Shown here: one piece after another, positions 10,862-21,116 of the stretch | How the letters are laid out: each line of letters opens with the position of its first letter | Numbering within the stretch: the first letter of the stretch is position 1 | Assembly: GCA_938046775.1 (NCBI GenBank) | Contig: CALIXB010000026.1 | Span: forward strand, 6,876-70,875 | DNA: 64,000 nucleotides | Origin: an uncultured Candidatus Saccharibacteria bacterium | GTDB taxonomy: Bacteria; Patescibacteriota; Saccharimonadia; Saccharimonadales; Saccharimonadaceae | Direction: 5' to 3' | Notes under the pieces: generated by a model | What the model saw: the letters and a program-made list of their open reading frames with translations, nothing else | Told to the model about the DNA's origin: nothing | Databases searched by the model: none | Translations under genes and position numbers: made by a program

Positions 10862-11707
10862 ATGAATTCAAATAACATTTTTATCGTCGGAGCAAACGGT
10901 CAATTAGGGCGGGCACTTCGTCAACAATATCCAGAAGCACAGTTCGCCGACATAGACGAGATGGATATTACTGACCGCCAATCAGTTGAGTCATTTGATT
11001 GGTCAGGAATATCAATCGTTTTAAACGCAGCAGCCTTTACTAATGTTGACGGCGCGGAAACACCAGAGGGTCGCGTAGCAGCCTGGAAGGTTAACGCCTC
11101 AGCAGTTGCAAACCTAACCCGAGTTTGCCGCGCTCACAATATGACTTTAGTGCATATTTCTAGCGATTATGTATTTGACGGAACGAAAGAGCCGCATTAT
11201 GAAAGCGAAGATTTCAGTCCGCTGAGTGTTTATGGCGCATCGAAGGCGGCTGGAGATTTGTTGGTCGAACAACTCGACAAATTTTACTTGCTGCGTACTA
11301 CTTGGGTGATCGGCGAAGGTAAAAACTTTGTCCGCACTATGCTTAGTCTAGCGGAAAAAAATATTTCGCCAACCGTTGTTCATGATCAAATTGGCCGGCT
11401 AACCTTTACTGGTGAATTAGTGAGAATTATTGACCATCTGCTGTCGACTCAAGCCCCGTTCGGCACATACAACGCCACCAACGACGGACCACTGGAAAGC
11501 TGGGCGGACATTACCAGACGAATATTTAAGCTGGCGGGCCGCGACGACCTGACTGTTACCAACACGACGACAGCTGAATATTTTGCCGGCAAAGATGGAG
11601 TTGCACCGCGTCCATTGGGTAGCAACATGAGCCTTGACAAGCTACATTCAACTGGATTTACTAGCCGTGATTGGGTAGATGATTTAAGTAAATACATCGT
11701 TAAATAA
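10862..11707 (+). CDS. rmlD: dTDP-4-dehydrorhamnose reductase
   Basis: GANGQLG, SSDYVFDG, YGASK, DQIG, APRP. Confidence 0.93.
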   Translation: MNSNNIFIVGANGQLGRALRQQYPEAQFADIDEMDITDRQSVESFDWSGISIVLNAAAFTNVDGAETPEGRVAAWKVNASAVANLTRVCRAHNMTLVHISSDYVFDGTKEPHYESEDFSPLSVYGASKAAGDLLVEQLDKFYLLRTTWVIGEGKNFVRTMLSLAEKNISPTVVHDQIGRLTFTGELVRIIDHLLSTQAPFGTYNATNDGPLESWADITRRIFKLAGRDDLTVTNTTTAEYFAGKDGVAPRPLGSNMSLDKLHSTGFTSRDWVDDLSKYIVK

Positions 11708-11819
11708 ACTAAAATTAGCCTATTTAACACTATTAATAGACTGTCTCAAAAGCTTATTCTCTATATCGGTAAAACCAGATAATACAACCGTCTTATTTGG
11801 TATGTTTTCTTTGATAAAA

Positions 11820-12938
11820 TTACATTGACTTGGAATCTTTAGCAGTAAAATCCAAGTAACCCTTAAGCGTATAAATTATCTTGCGACCTCTATTGTCAAT
11901 CATTTGAATAGAAACATTATCTCCAACGCTACTGACCTTACTATTTATGTTCCCTTCTAGAAAACCCTTAGCGCATAAAAACAATTTATTTGATTTTCCT
12001 ATCTTTAATGGAACTAAAGATTTTTTAGCTTCCTGGAAAGTGCGCCGACCCCAGTGAGCCAAGAAATTTCCATCACCAACATTCCAAATACCATGACTAC
12101 CATAACAATACGCACTAGCACCCGATAGCATGCTTGTCCAAAAAGCAAATATTTGATCACTTTCAAAAAACGAATTATTAATACCCTCATACCAAGGTTC
12201 CAAATTAATAAATAGCTTTTCGTTGGACCTATATTCCATAGGTAGCATCCATAGTTTATTTCTAGAAGCCTCCGAGTGTCCGGTCTGTATAGTAATAGCA
12301 GAAAAGTCTCGACTAACAGCCCAGCTATCCGTATTAGGTGTAGTATGACAAATTACTGGTAGTTCAGTTATCTTTCTAACTTCTTTATACACTCGCAACC
12401 ATTCTGCTATTTGTCTTTTTTGTTTTATTGAAGAAATGCTAAATTTATTAAGAACTTTTTCCATTATAGTTCTAGACTGAGCATGAACCCGCAAATCAAC
12501 TTCACCAGTTAGACAATAAATTGGATCAAATTTTTCTGTAACTTTAACTATTCTCTTCCACCATTCAATCATATTATTTCGACCAATTTGACTAATTTGC
12601 GGACCCCAACCACAATATATTATTGGTTTTAAATACAGCTTGTTTAGTATTTCTATCTTTTCAAGTGCAGCAGCTATATAGTCTTGATTTATAATAAAAT
12701 TCGATTCTTGTAAACAAAAGGCGGGCTTACCACCACCATAGGATTGAGGGCTATCGATAGTAACCTCAGGAGGTATACCCATTAATAATTGAATAGCTGA
12801 AAAGCCCTCGTCTTTACGCTGCTGTGCTAGCTCGTAAAAATCGTCTATTGAAATCCTATCCGTCAAACCATACCACCAGGTGTCAGCTAGAAAATGATCA
12901 ATCGTTCGATTATACTGTTTATCGATGGCTACAGACAT
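11820..12938 (-). CDS. DUF4038/apiosidase-like glycoside hydrolase, possibly 3'-frameshifted
   Basis: FLADTWW, GFSAIQ, QTGH, NLEPWYE, YG.HGIW motifs; AT-rich; a second frame stays open to ~11718. Confidence 0.6.
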   Translation of the reverse strand: MSVAIDKQYNRTIDHFLADTWWYGLTDRISIDDFYELAQQRKDEGFSAIQLLMGIPPEVTIDSPQSYGGGKPAFCLQESNFIINQDYIAAALEKIEILNKLYLKPIIYCGWGPQISQIGRNNMIEWWKRIVKVTEKFDPIYCLTGEVDLRVHAQSRTIMEKVLNKFSISSIKQKRQIAEWLRVYKEVRKITELPVICHTTPNTDSWAVSRDFSAITIQTGHSEASRNKLWMLPMEYRSNEKLFINLEPWYEGINNSFFESDQIFAFWTSMLSGASAYCYGSHGIWNVGDGNFLAHWGRRTFQEAKKSLVPLKIGKSNKLFLCAKGFLEGNINSKVSSVGDNVSIQMIDNRGRKIIYTLKGYLDFTAKDSKSM

Positions 12939-13176
12939 TCTAAGGTACACTCCCATGCGGTACGAGCTAATGATTTAGGTATTTTACATCATCAACCAAA
13001 ATAATTTCGCCCTCTTTAATGTCTCTTTTAAACATAGCATTCGCAATTAGTCCTATTGGGACTTTATCCCTATTATCCTTATTAACCTTAATAGGCATCG
13101 CCTTACCGCGAATAGTAAAACTACCAGTCGCTCTGTCATTTTTTCTCCTTCTAACACTAAAACGTATCGTTGTCGC
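12929..13176 (-). pseudogene. Remnant of a SAF-domain oxidoreductase (COG4091-like) C-terminus
   Basis: Manual translation ...DRATGSFTIRGKA...VPIGLIANAMFKRDIKEGEIILVDDV, then a -1 shift gives IPKSLARTAWECTLECL*; no start or N-terminal domain. Confidence 0.6.
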
Positions 13177-13245
13177 CTATGAATATTATCTCCCGTATCT
13201 GTTAATATGATATCATATTAACAGTAAGATATAGAGAGAGGAATA

Positions 13246-14115
13246 ATGAAAGGAATTATTTTAGCAGGCGGCTCAGGTACTCGCCTCAACCCTATCACCA
13301 AGGCTATTAGCAAACAGCTAATGCCGATATACGATAAACCAATGATTTATTATCCGTTAACCACACTGATGCAAGCAGGAATTCGCGATATTTTAATCAT
13401 CACCACCCCGGATGATCAAGCTGGTTTTCAGCGGCTGCTCGGCGACGGTTCGCAGTGGGGTATCAATCTGGAATATGCTGTCCAGCCCAAACCAGAAGGT
13501 CTAGCACAGGCTTTCATTATCGGTGAAGAATTCATTGGCAGTGACAAAGTGGCTTTAGTCCTGGGAGATAACATCTTCCACGGTGAGCGACTAGACGAGT
13601 CGCTACAAGAATGCACCAATCCCGACGGCGGTACTGTTTTTGCCTACAAAGTTTCTGACCCAGAACGATATGGCGTTGTCGAGTTTGACGAGCAAAATCA
13701 AGCCATTTCCATCGAAGAAAAACCAGCCGAGCCAAAGTCAAACTTCGCCGTGGTCGGGTTATATTTTTATGATAACGATGTTATTGAGATTGCCAAAAAC
13801 GTCCAACCTTCAGCACGAGGCGAGCTGGAAATCACCTCCATCAATGCTGAATATCTGCGCCGCGGTAAATTGCAAGTCCAGACTCTAGATAATGGCGATG
13901 TTTGGCTGGACACCGGCACCATCGACAGCCTAACTGATGCCGCCGATTTCGTTCGTGTCATCCAAAAACGAACAGGCCGCATCATTGGTAGCCCAGAAAA
14001 AATCGCTTTCAAAAATGACTGGATTAGCCGAATACAACTCAACACACTCGCTGAGCCACTCAAGAAATCTGGTTATGGAAAGTACCTAGCTAGCGTAGAT
14101 TATCAATCAAACTAA
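13246..14115 (+). CDS. rmlA: Glucose-1-phosphate thymidylyltransferase
   Basis: [39 protein letters not shown]. Confidence 0.95.
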   Translation: MKGIILAGGSGTRLNPITKAISKQLMPIYDKPMIYYPLTTLMQAGIRDILIITTPDDQAGFQRLLGDGSQWGINLEYAVQPKPEGLAQAFIIGEEFIGSDKVALVLGDNIFHGERLDESLQECTNPDGGTVFAYKVSDPERYGVVEFDEQNQAISIEEKPAEPKSNFAVVGLYFYDNDVIEIAKNVQPSARGELEITSINAEYLRRGKLQVQTLDNGDVWLDTGTIDSLTDAADFVRVIQKRTGRIIGSPEKIAFKNDWISRIQLNTLAEPLKKSGYGKYLASVDYQSN

Positions 14116-16082
14116 AACATGCCTCGCAAGCTGCTGCATATCCCATTCAAGCTATCCTTTGATACGTTGTTGGGATCAGCAAACAATACTCTTTCATTGC
14201 CTAAAACCTCAATAAATATAGACTTTATATCGTCACTACGCGTCAAAATCAGGAGACGAGATTCTGGGGTTATATTTTTGTTCTCGAGCAAAGTCTTAGC
14301 TATAACCTGCTTTACACTATGTATATTAGCATTAGGAGTTGACCACCTGGAAATTATTTCCTGTGTAGTAGTAGACTGTCCAGTCAGAGTCATCATAGAT
14401 CTATTAAAAAATATATCACCATCAGTTTTCTGATCACTTCTAACCGAAAGTATAGCTGTAGACTTTTCTCGACAGATTGGACTCTCAGTGATAGTAATCG
14501 CATAGTCAAATAACTCTGGTGCAGTAAACGCCGCTTTTACCTTGCCCTGCACATAAACTCCAAACACACCAACCCCATTTGAAAAGGCCATCATTATAAT
14601 ACCTATAATCATTAAAATCTTGACGCCACTTGACCGCGCTTTGTCTATAAGCGACATAGTTAGCATTGCCATGACCAAGCTAGTCAACAGGAGTAAACTT
14701 AAAACAGATTTATGATAATAGTAATTAACTTCACCATTGGTCATTTTTTGAAATATAAATAACGCCAGAGAAAATACTAATGACACAACTAGCCCAATAG
14801 TTAGCGGATTAACTGTTTGCTTCTTATGATTATGCCACAAATATGCCACAGCAAACACCGCCCAACTTAGCACGTAGAATACATCAAAAATCAACACCCC
14901 ACCCTGATCATTAATTTTATCTGATGTCACCCTCTCAAGTAGTACATAAATAGCCCCTTGTACAACACTAAAACTGGCAATAAATAAAAGGCTGCTCAGC
15001 AAAAGTTTTGACAACTTTACTTTTTGATCACTACAAAAATAATCATCCGCTAAAGTAAAGATAAATATACCCAACGCAACTGGAAGTAGGAAAAAATAGG
15101 ATAAGCCAACACCAACGACAGAAAAGGCTGCCAATAGTCCATAGGTATACTTTTGTGTAATATCACTTTCCTTACAATATAAAAATAGTAAGGTTATAAC
15201 CGAAAGCAGCAAATGGAGACTCATAATTTGCGGCATGAAACCGTCAGTAAACGCAGAAAACATCAAACCTAATACTGTGTATATCGTACAGGAAATAACA
15301 ATAATAGCTGACATCCATGGCTTTTTCTTATTGTCTAATCTAACCAGTTTCGTTGCCAGAAAGATAAACGCAAACACTAAAAATACATAGTTAATTATCG
15401 AATATAATAAAAAACTAACTAGCTTTTTATTAATGTCAGTAAACCTACTCATAAACGGTTGTACAGCCTCATTAAAAACCCAAGCATTTATATGATAGCC
15501 CTGAGGGTAATTGTTGGCAGCAGAACCTAGCATAGAGTTAATCGGCAACTGGTTACCTCTTGAACCATAGACATAGCCCTTTTGCCTCTCGACGGTGTCT
15601 ATAAAACTAAGGTGAGACATATTATCTACCCCTGAGCCATTAGCCACTCTTAAAAGATCGGCGCTCTGAAAACTAGAAAAAGATTGCGTCAGCATCAGGA
15701 TAAATACAGTAAGGCTCACTAGAGAACTAATAATCTCGCTTAGCGGGAACCATCTATCGGGAGAAGTGAAACGACAAAATATAACAAGACCTAAACATAA
15801 TACGCCAATAGTCCAGGCAAAAAGCCATATTGACATTGGTATCTTGAGTGCCCATGGTATAAAAGCTAACAAAGCATTAATACTCATGTAAACTGAAAGA
15901 GTAACAAATAGTCGACCCATAAAACCTAATCGTCTAGTCGGCAGAAATATTACTGCGGTAACTGTTGCAGCCATTATCAAAATTAAGGCTTGATTGGACA
16001 CAATACCGAGAAAAATAGCTATAATATAAGCTATTATATATAATCTGCGATCATGCAGCCTATTTATTATAGTATTACACAT
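14112..16082 (-). CDS. Polytopic membrane protein, putative GT-C (GtrC/ArnT-like) transferase
   Basis: >12 TM segments, extracytoplasmic loop with D..H and YPQGYH; start overlaps GtrA stop. Confidence 0.55.
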   Translation of the reverse strand: MCNTIINRLHDRRLYIIAYIIAIFLGIVSNQALILIMAATVTAVIFLPTRRLGFMGRLFVTLSVYMSINALLAFIPWALKIPMSIWLFAWTIGVLCLGLVIFCRFTSPDRWFPLSEIISSLVSLTVFILMLTQSFSSFQSADLLRVANGSGVDNMSHLSFIDTVERQKGYVYGSRGNQLPINSMLGSAANNYPQGYHINAWVFNEAVQPFMSRFTDINKKLVSFLLYSIINYVFLVFAFIFLATKLVRLDNKKKPWMSAIIVISCTIYTVLGLMFSAFTDGFMPQIMSLHLLLSVITLLFLYCKESDITQKYTYGLLAAFSVVGVGLSYFFLLPVALGIFIFTLADDYFCSDQKVKLSKLLLSSLLFIASFSVVQGAIYVLLERVTSDKINDQGGVLIFDVFYVLSWAVFAVAYLWHNHKKQTVNPLTIGLVVSLVFSLALFIFQKMTNGEVNYYYHKSVLSLLLLTSLVMAMLTMSLIDKARSSGVKILMIIGIIMMAFSNGVGVFGVYVQGKVKAAFTAPELFDYAITITESPICREKSTAILSVRSDQKTDGDIFFNRSMMTLTGQSTTTQEIISRWSTPNANIHSVKQVIAKTLLENKNITPESRLLILTRSDDIKSIFIEVLGNERVLFADPNNVSKDSLNGICSSLRGMF

Positions 16083-16497
16083 CCTGCTTCTCTTCGTGCG
16101 ATACTTTCTTTGAAAAAATAAATAGCTTAAAGACCAAAAAATTCCAAATAGCAAATACAATGGTCGTGACAATCTTTGCCCATTGAATCTCTAGGATATT
16201 CATTTTTACTAATAAATCAACAGCCGTAGAGGTCGCCATCAAATTAAAAAAACTTAGCAAAACATATAAGCAAATTTGTGATTTTAATGAAAATCGATCG
16301 TCTTCGCTGTGATTAAAAACTCGTTTCCTGTTCATAGGAAAATTAACACAAAACCCCGATAAGAAACCAATGCCGCTCGCCATAAAAGCTGGCATTTTAG
16401 CTATATAGTACAACATGGAGGTAACTAATGTATCAACCGCCAGCGTCGCCACACCGACAATGCCAAATAAAAGTATCTGTATAACAAGCTTTTTCAT
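16075..16497 (-). CDS. GtrA family flippase-like protein
   Basis: Four TMs, FGIVG, NF.MNRKRVF, WNF...K.FIF. Confidence 0.85.
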   Translation of the reverse strand: MKKLVIQILLFGIVGVATLAVDTLVTSMLYYIAKMPAFMASGIGFLSGFCVNFPMNRKRVFNHSEDDRFSLKSQICLYVLLSFFNLMATSTAVDLLVKMNILEIQWAKIVTTIVFAIWNFLVFKLFIFSKKVSHEEKQDV

Positions 16498-16544
16498 ACT
16501 AACCAACTAACCCATAATACCATATTTATAGTATAATGAGAGGT

Positions 16545-17501
16545 ATGTATAGAAAATTAGAGACCGCAGTTGTTATACCTTGTTATAACGAAGAAAAAAT
16601 GATCACTCAAACGATCAAGAAATTACCAAAGTACATTGATCATGTTATAGCCGTTAATGATGCCAGCACTGATGACACCATTGGCGTTCTAAATAAATTA
16701 AAAAAGCAAAATGATCGACTGATTGTTGTTGACAACGAAACAAATCAAGGTGTCGGCGGCGCTCTCATCGCAGGATATAATTACGCTATTGAGCACACCA
16801 AAGCGACCGCTATCGGGATCGTGGCGGGCGACGACCAGTTTGACTCGTCGTATCTCGAGGCGATGCTAGACGATTTTATCGATCAATCAGCAGATTATGT
16901 TAAAGCCAGCCGCTTCTTCCATCGAGAAGCCTTTAAGACTATGCCAAAATACCGCCAATTTGGCAATATTTTCATATCACTGCTGACAAAATTCTCGACT
17001 GGATATTATTCCATCACAGACATCACTAATGGCTGCGGCTGGCTACGCCGCGACATAATTGAAAAGGTTGATTTCTCCATAGTTGAAAAGCGCTACGATT
17101 ATGAAACCAGTATGCTGACCGCTTTATCCATAGTTAATGCTAAAGTTATTGACCACGCTGTGCCAGCTCATTACGGTGATGAAAAATCAACTATTAAACT
17201 AATCCCAACAGCTTGGCGTAATCTCAAGGCTGTATGGAAAGGTTTTTGGCGACGAATTTACTATAAATACGTTCTGTATGGATTTCATCCTGTAGCCCTG
17301 TTCTTGTTTACTGGTATGTTTTTCTTAGTTATCTCATTATTGATTGCAGCATTCTTGTTGTATGTTAAATTATTCGTTCATCAATCACCGACCGCTGGCA
17401 GCGTTATGCTAGCTGTACTACCATTCATCTTAAGCGTACAGCTAGTTTTAACAGCGCTCACCATTGATGTCTCTAATGAGAACAACAATTTTAAGAAATA
17501 A
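16545..17501 (+). CDS. GT2 polyprenol-phosphate glycosyltransferase (GtrB/ArnC/DPM-like)
   Basis: VIPCYNEE, NDASTD, NQGVGGA, GDDQ, two C-terminal TMs. Confidence 0.85.
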   Translation: MYRKLETAVVIPCYNEEKMITQTIKKLPKYIDHVIAVNDASTDDTIGVLNKLKKQNDRLIVVDNETNQGVGGALIAGYNYAIEHTKATAIGIVAGDDQFDSSYLEAMLDDFIDQSADYVKASRFFHREAFKTMPKYRQFGNIFISLLTKFSTGYYSITDITNGCGWLRRDIIEKVDFSIVEKRYDYETSMLTALSIVNAKVIDHAVPAHYGDEKSTIKLIPTAWRNLKAVWKGFWRRIYYKYVLYGFHPVALFLFTGMFFLVISLLIAAFLLYVKLFVHQSPTAGSVMLAVLPFILSVQLVLTALTIDVSNENNNFKK

Positions 17502-17502
17502 A

Positions 17503-18153
17503 CTACAGCTTGATATTGTCTATATCGCCAATACCATCAACGAGATGGTTTGGATGCATGGCTGATAAGAATTCCTCGTTACGAATACCGCTCATAAGGG
17601 CAATGCTGGTCGCACCAAGCTGCTGAGCCGCCGCGATGTCTGCTTCGGTGTCGCCAATGATAACGACTTCACTTGGATTGTCCACTGTTTGTCTGACGAT
17701 ATCCGCCTTTTTCAGCAGCGTCCCCTCTTTTGTGTCACTATGGCCTGACAAAATCTTTTCAAACAAATGCCGAATCCCCAAATGCTCAATCTGCCAATCA
17801 AGAGCATTTGCATTTCTTCTCAAGCTTAATAGATACAACTTGTTACCGTTTGCCCGTAACTGTTCTAGTGTGCGTAAACTATCCTTAAAGAGTTCATCCG
17901 CACCCAATTCTTCTTGCGACTCGATCCGGTCAATAAACAGCTTGAGATATGCATCTTTTTCATTAATGCTCAGGCCGCTTAGTGGTAGTAGCTTGTCCCA
18001 AGACACGTTAGCGCGCTTCATTTCCCAATATTCTTCTTTGTTAAGCGGAGTCCCGCCCAGCGCCTTAATACATTTTTCATACACCCGATAATGTCGCGGG
18101 GCAATATCAACCAACGTACCGTCAAAATCAACAAAGATATTTTTATTATTCAT
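17503..18153 (-). CDS. HAD-family phosphatase
   Basis: DFDGTLVD, IGDTEAD. Confidence 0.88.
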   Translation of the reverse strand: MNNKNIFVDFDGTLVDIAPRHYRVYEKCIKALGGTPLNKEEYWEMKRANVSWDKLLPLSGLSINEKDAYLKLFIDRIESQEELGADELFKDSLRTLEQLRANGNKLYLLSLRRNANALDWQIEHLGIRHLFEKILSGHSDTKEGTLLKKADIVRQTVDNPSEVVIIGDTEADIAAAQQLGATSIALMSGIRNEEFLSAMHPNHLVDGIGDIDNIKL

Positions 18154-19030
18154 ACAATTCCTCCATCTCTTTAAGTTTATCTGGGAAAAATACTTCGGGA
18201 TGATAATCGAGCAACTTCTCCGCTCGAGATATATCAATGACTATATCAGAGCCTCCGTCTTCAGATAAAACAGCGATATGACTTGTTGACTGCGTACTAT
18301 CAACAATTGCCTGAGCCGTCTCCCGAATAGAAACACCCCGACCTGTGCCAATATTAACAACTCCAGCACCGTTCGCATTCACCGCACATATAATACTGCG
18401 CGCTACATCGTCAATATGTACATAATCACGCAGTACTTTTGCACCACGAATCGTCAAATCGTCACCAACTTTCGCTGCTCGAATAAAGTTCGGTATCGCT
18501 CGGGCGATAGGGTCATACCCGCCATACATCACCGAAAACCGCAAAATAGTTAGTTCTTTATTCATTTTTTTTGCGTACGACTGAGCGATGAGCTCGCTAG
18601 CCATTTTAGTAGATCCATAGTACGAGCCGCCGGCGACGACGTTATCCTCTGTAATTGGACCGTGAATTTTCGACTGATCATACACTTCTGCCGTGCTGCC
18701 AATAATAATCTTCTCAGATTTCTCGCCAAAATAAGTTAGCAGGTTGATCGTTGCGTCTATATTACCTAGCCTTGCGTTATCAAGGGTGTCGTCGGCGGCT
18801 ATTTTCGGCACAAATGCTGCCAAATGAACTATAGCATCAAACGTATCGCCGTCCACCTGTTTGGCTGCTAATTCTATACTTTTTTGATCTGATAAATCAC
18901 ACTGTATCCAACGACCAGTGAGACTATCTGGCTGAGACCGGCCCAAACAAATAATCTCCCAATCAGTTGGTGCCATCTCTAAGAAACGTCTACCAACAAA
19001 ACCTGAGGACCCCGTAACGAGAAGCTTCAC
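18146..19030 (-). CDS. NAD-dependent epimerase/dehydratase
   Basis: TGSSGFVG, HLAA, YGSTK, RDYVHIDD; GTG start. Confidence 0.9.
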   Translation of the reverse strand: MKLLVTGSSGFVGRRFLEMAPTDWEIICLGRSQPDSLTGRWIQCDLSDQKSIELAAKQVDGDTFDAIVHLAAFVPKIAADDTLDNARLGNIDATINLLTYFGEKSEKIIIGSTAEVYDQSKIHGPITEDNVVAGGSYYGSTKMASELIAQSYAKKMNKELTILRFSVMYGGYDPIARAIPNFIRAAKVGDDLTIRGAKVLRDYVHIDDVARSIICAVNANGAGVVNIGTGRGVSIRETAQAIVDSTQSTSHIAVLSEDGGSDIVIDISRAEKLLDYHPEVFFPDKLKEMEELYE

Positions 19031-20112
19031 TACAACTCCTGAAGAATACGGTCACGCTCAGCAACACTCTCTTCAACAGTCTTCATATCTGACAGCACCG
19101 GCTCAAAGTCCATACCCCGAATCCATACCAAGCCATCCGGTAGGGGGTTGGTATTGTTTTCAATCTTTGGCACAGCTTCACCATAACCAAGTTTAACGAA
19201 CATTTCAGGCATATTTAGGCCCGCCTGAGTAAAGAATTCATGCGTTGTAAAGAAACGACCAATGTTAATCTCTGTTGGGTTTGGCACGCCATTTTTGTCA
19301 TAAGCCATATCAACACCAAACAAACCATCTGGCTTATCATCAACTGCTAACACTGCTCGGCGTGCAATATCATCAAGTTCAGCATCAGAATACGTCAACC
19401 CTGTGCCTGTTGCGCCAGTAACACCGGATGGAGAAATTTTCGCCAGCTCCCAGTACAGTCGCTTACGGCCTTGAGCAACAACCAATTCGCCATCTTTCCA
19501 GAGAGACATCCATGTAACCGTTTCTGGCTCGAGTAATTCAGACACAGTAAAGTTACCATCCCATGAGCCATTTTTTTCTTGAAAATCAAGCCAGTTTTTA
19601 GCGCTCTTAACGTCATGAACTGGGAGCGATCCACGACCACCAGCACCCGAAATCGCTCTAATCCACATTGAGCCGCCCATCTCCTCGAGGAGCGCAGCCA
19701 AGTCGGTATCTCGACCTTCTATCAGCTTAGTCTTTGGAACCTTAATACCAGCCTTTTCCCAAAGCTTAAATGATTCAAATTTATCTTGTAAAATTTTCAC
19801 TGTCTCCTTAGCCGGGAAAAATGTCTTGGCATTAATCTTTTCTCGATTTTCGCTCAAAAAACCTACCTCGACATCGTTCTGTGCATGGACAAATTCGATA
19901 TTTTCCTTTTCAATAATATAGTTTAAGAAATCGATATATTTAGGGTCGTTGGCAAATGGAGCTAAATATTTAGCATCAACTTCAGCACGCTGCAAGTAAT
20001 ATTTGTCAGCATCCGTACCTACAATATAATATTCTTCGTCAGCAGCCCTTAATGAGCGAATAAAATTTGCTGATGGTGAGCCGCCAGCTCCTGTGACTAA
20101 GACTCTCTTCAT
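19030..20112 (-). CDS. ATP-grasp carboxylate-amine ligase
   Basis: VLVTGAGG, QDKF...GIKVPKT, GAGGRG, GVD, TEIN.GRF. Confidence 0.85.
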   Translation of the reverse strand: MKRVLVTGAGGSPSANFIRSLRAADEEYYIVGTDADKYYLQRAEVDAKYLAPFANDPKYIDFLNYIIEKENIEFVHAQNDVEVGFLSENREKINAKTFFPAKETVKILQDKFESFKLWEKAGIKVPKTKLIEGRDTDLAALLEEMGGSMWIRAISGAGGRGSLPVHDVKSAKNWLDFQEKNGSWDGNFTVSELLEPETVTWMSLWKDGELVVAQGRKRLYWELAKISPSGVTGATGTGLTYSDAELDDIARRAVLAVDDKPDGLFGVDMAYDKNGVPNPTEINIGRFFTTHEFFTQAGLNMPEMFVKLGYGEAVPKIENNTNPLPDGLVWIRGMDFEPVLSDMKTVEESVAERDRILQEL

Positions 20113-20120
20113 GATTCCTC

Positions 20121-21116
20121 CTATTTTTCTTCAAAAGGCGCAACAGCCTCTAATGATATTTTCAATGCTTCGCGTGCATCAACCGGGTTAACAATTGCCG
20201 CTGTACGACCCATTGATTTAGCCATAAATGCCTTTAATTCTGCCGCTAATGGCTCTTCAAAGTCTACTTTTATAACACGTTTTTCTGGGTCGCCAACTTG
20301 CAATACAAACTCGGTAAATCCATCTTTTTGGATTTCCTTCATATTATGTTTGTAGTATGTTAATTCTTGGGTTATATAGTTAGCTTCCAAATAGCCGAGC
20401 GATCCCGTTAGCGCAATGGTGCGAATCTTGACTGGTGTAAGCCAGTTTGCCTGAATAAATCCAGAAGCCCGACCATAATCCATCAATATCTCTGCTGAGT
20501 CAATCTTTTTGCTGTGACGAGTGCGCGAACCATGGCTAGAAATAGATTTCGGCTTTTGACCCAAAAGATAGTTTACGATATCAACGTCATGTACTGCCAA
20601 GTCAATAATAACATCAGTTTTTGGTTCCACTGCCGGAAAACCACCGACACGTTTACATACTACCGAGGTAATATCACCAATAGCATTACCCTCAACCATT
20701 TGCTTTAACTTCTTGATAACTGGATTAAATCGCTCAATGTGACCAACCGTAAAGGTAACGTTATTCTTTTTAGCACAAGCAATCAACTTATCAGCTTCTT
20801 CTACTGACGAAGCTATTGGTTTTTCAAGCATACAGTGAATACCGCGCGACATAACATCCATAGCCACCTCAAGGTGAAACGGTGTCGGCACGACTACAGA
20901 AACTGCGTCAGGTCGCATCTCTTCAAGCATCTCTTTGTAGTCAGTAAAGAATTTTGCCTTATAGTCATCAGCGAGAGATTTTGCTTCTGGGTTAACATCC
21001 GCAATTGCTACTAATTCTGACTCTGGGAGCATGAAGTAGTTACGAACATGGTTTCTACCCATGTTACCAGTACCAATAACAGCAACCCTTAGTTTTCCTT
21101 CTTGTTTACTAGCCAT
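20121..21116 (-). CDS. Gfo/Idh/MocA sugar oxidoreductase (WbpB/GnnA-like)
   Basis: IGTGNMGRNH, EKP, GHIERFNP, DLAVHDVD. Confidence 0.9.
   Translation of the reverse strand: MASKQEGKLRVAVIGTGNMGRNHVRNYFMLPESELVAIADVNPEAKSLADDYKAKFFTDYKEMLEEMRPDAVSVVVPTPFHLEVAMDVMSRGIHCMLEKPIASSVEEADKLIACAKKNNVTFTVGHIERFNPVIKKLKQMVEGNAIGDITSVVCKRVGGFPAVEPKTDVIIDLAVHDVDIVNYLLGQKPKSISSHGSRTRHSKKIDSAEILMDYGRASGFIQANWLTPVKIRTIALTGSLGYLEANYITQELTYYKHNMKEIQKDGFTEFVLQVGDPEKRVIKVDFEEPLAAELKAFMAKSMGRTAAIVNPVDAREALKISLEAVAPFEEK

Noticed and set aside
13019..13210. 63-aa hydrophobic plus-strand ORF
   Set aside because: Antisense to the SAF-domain remnant, which explains the sequence better
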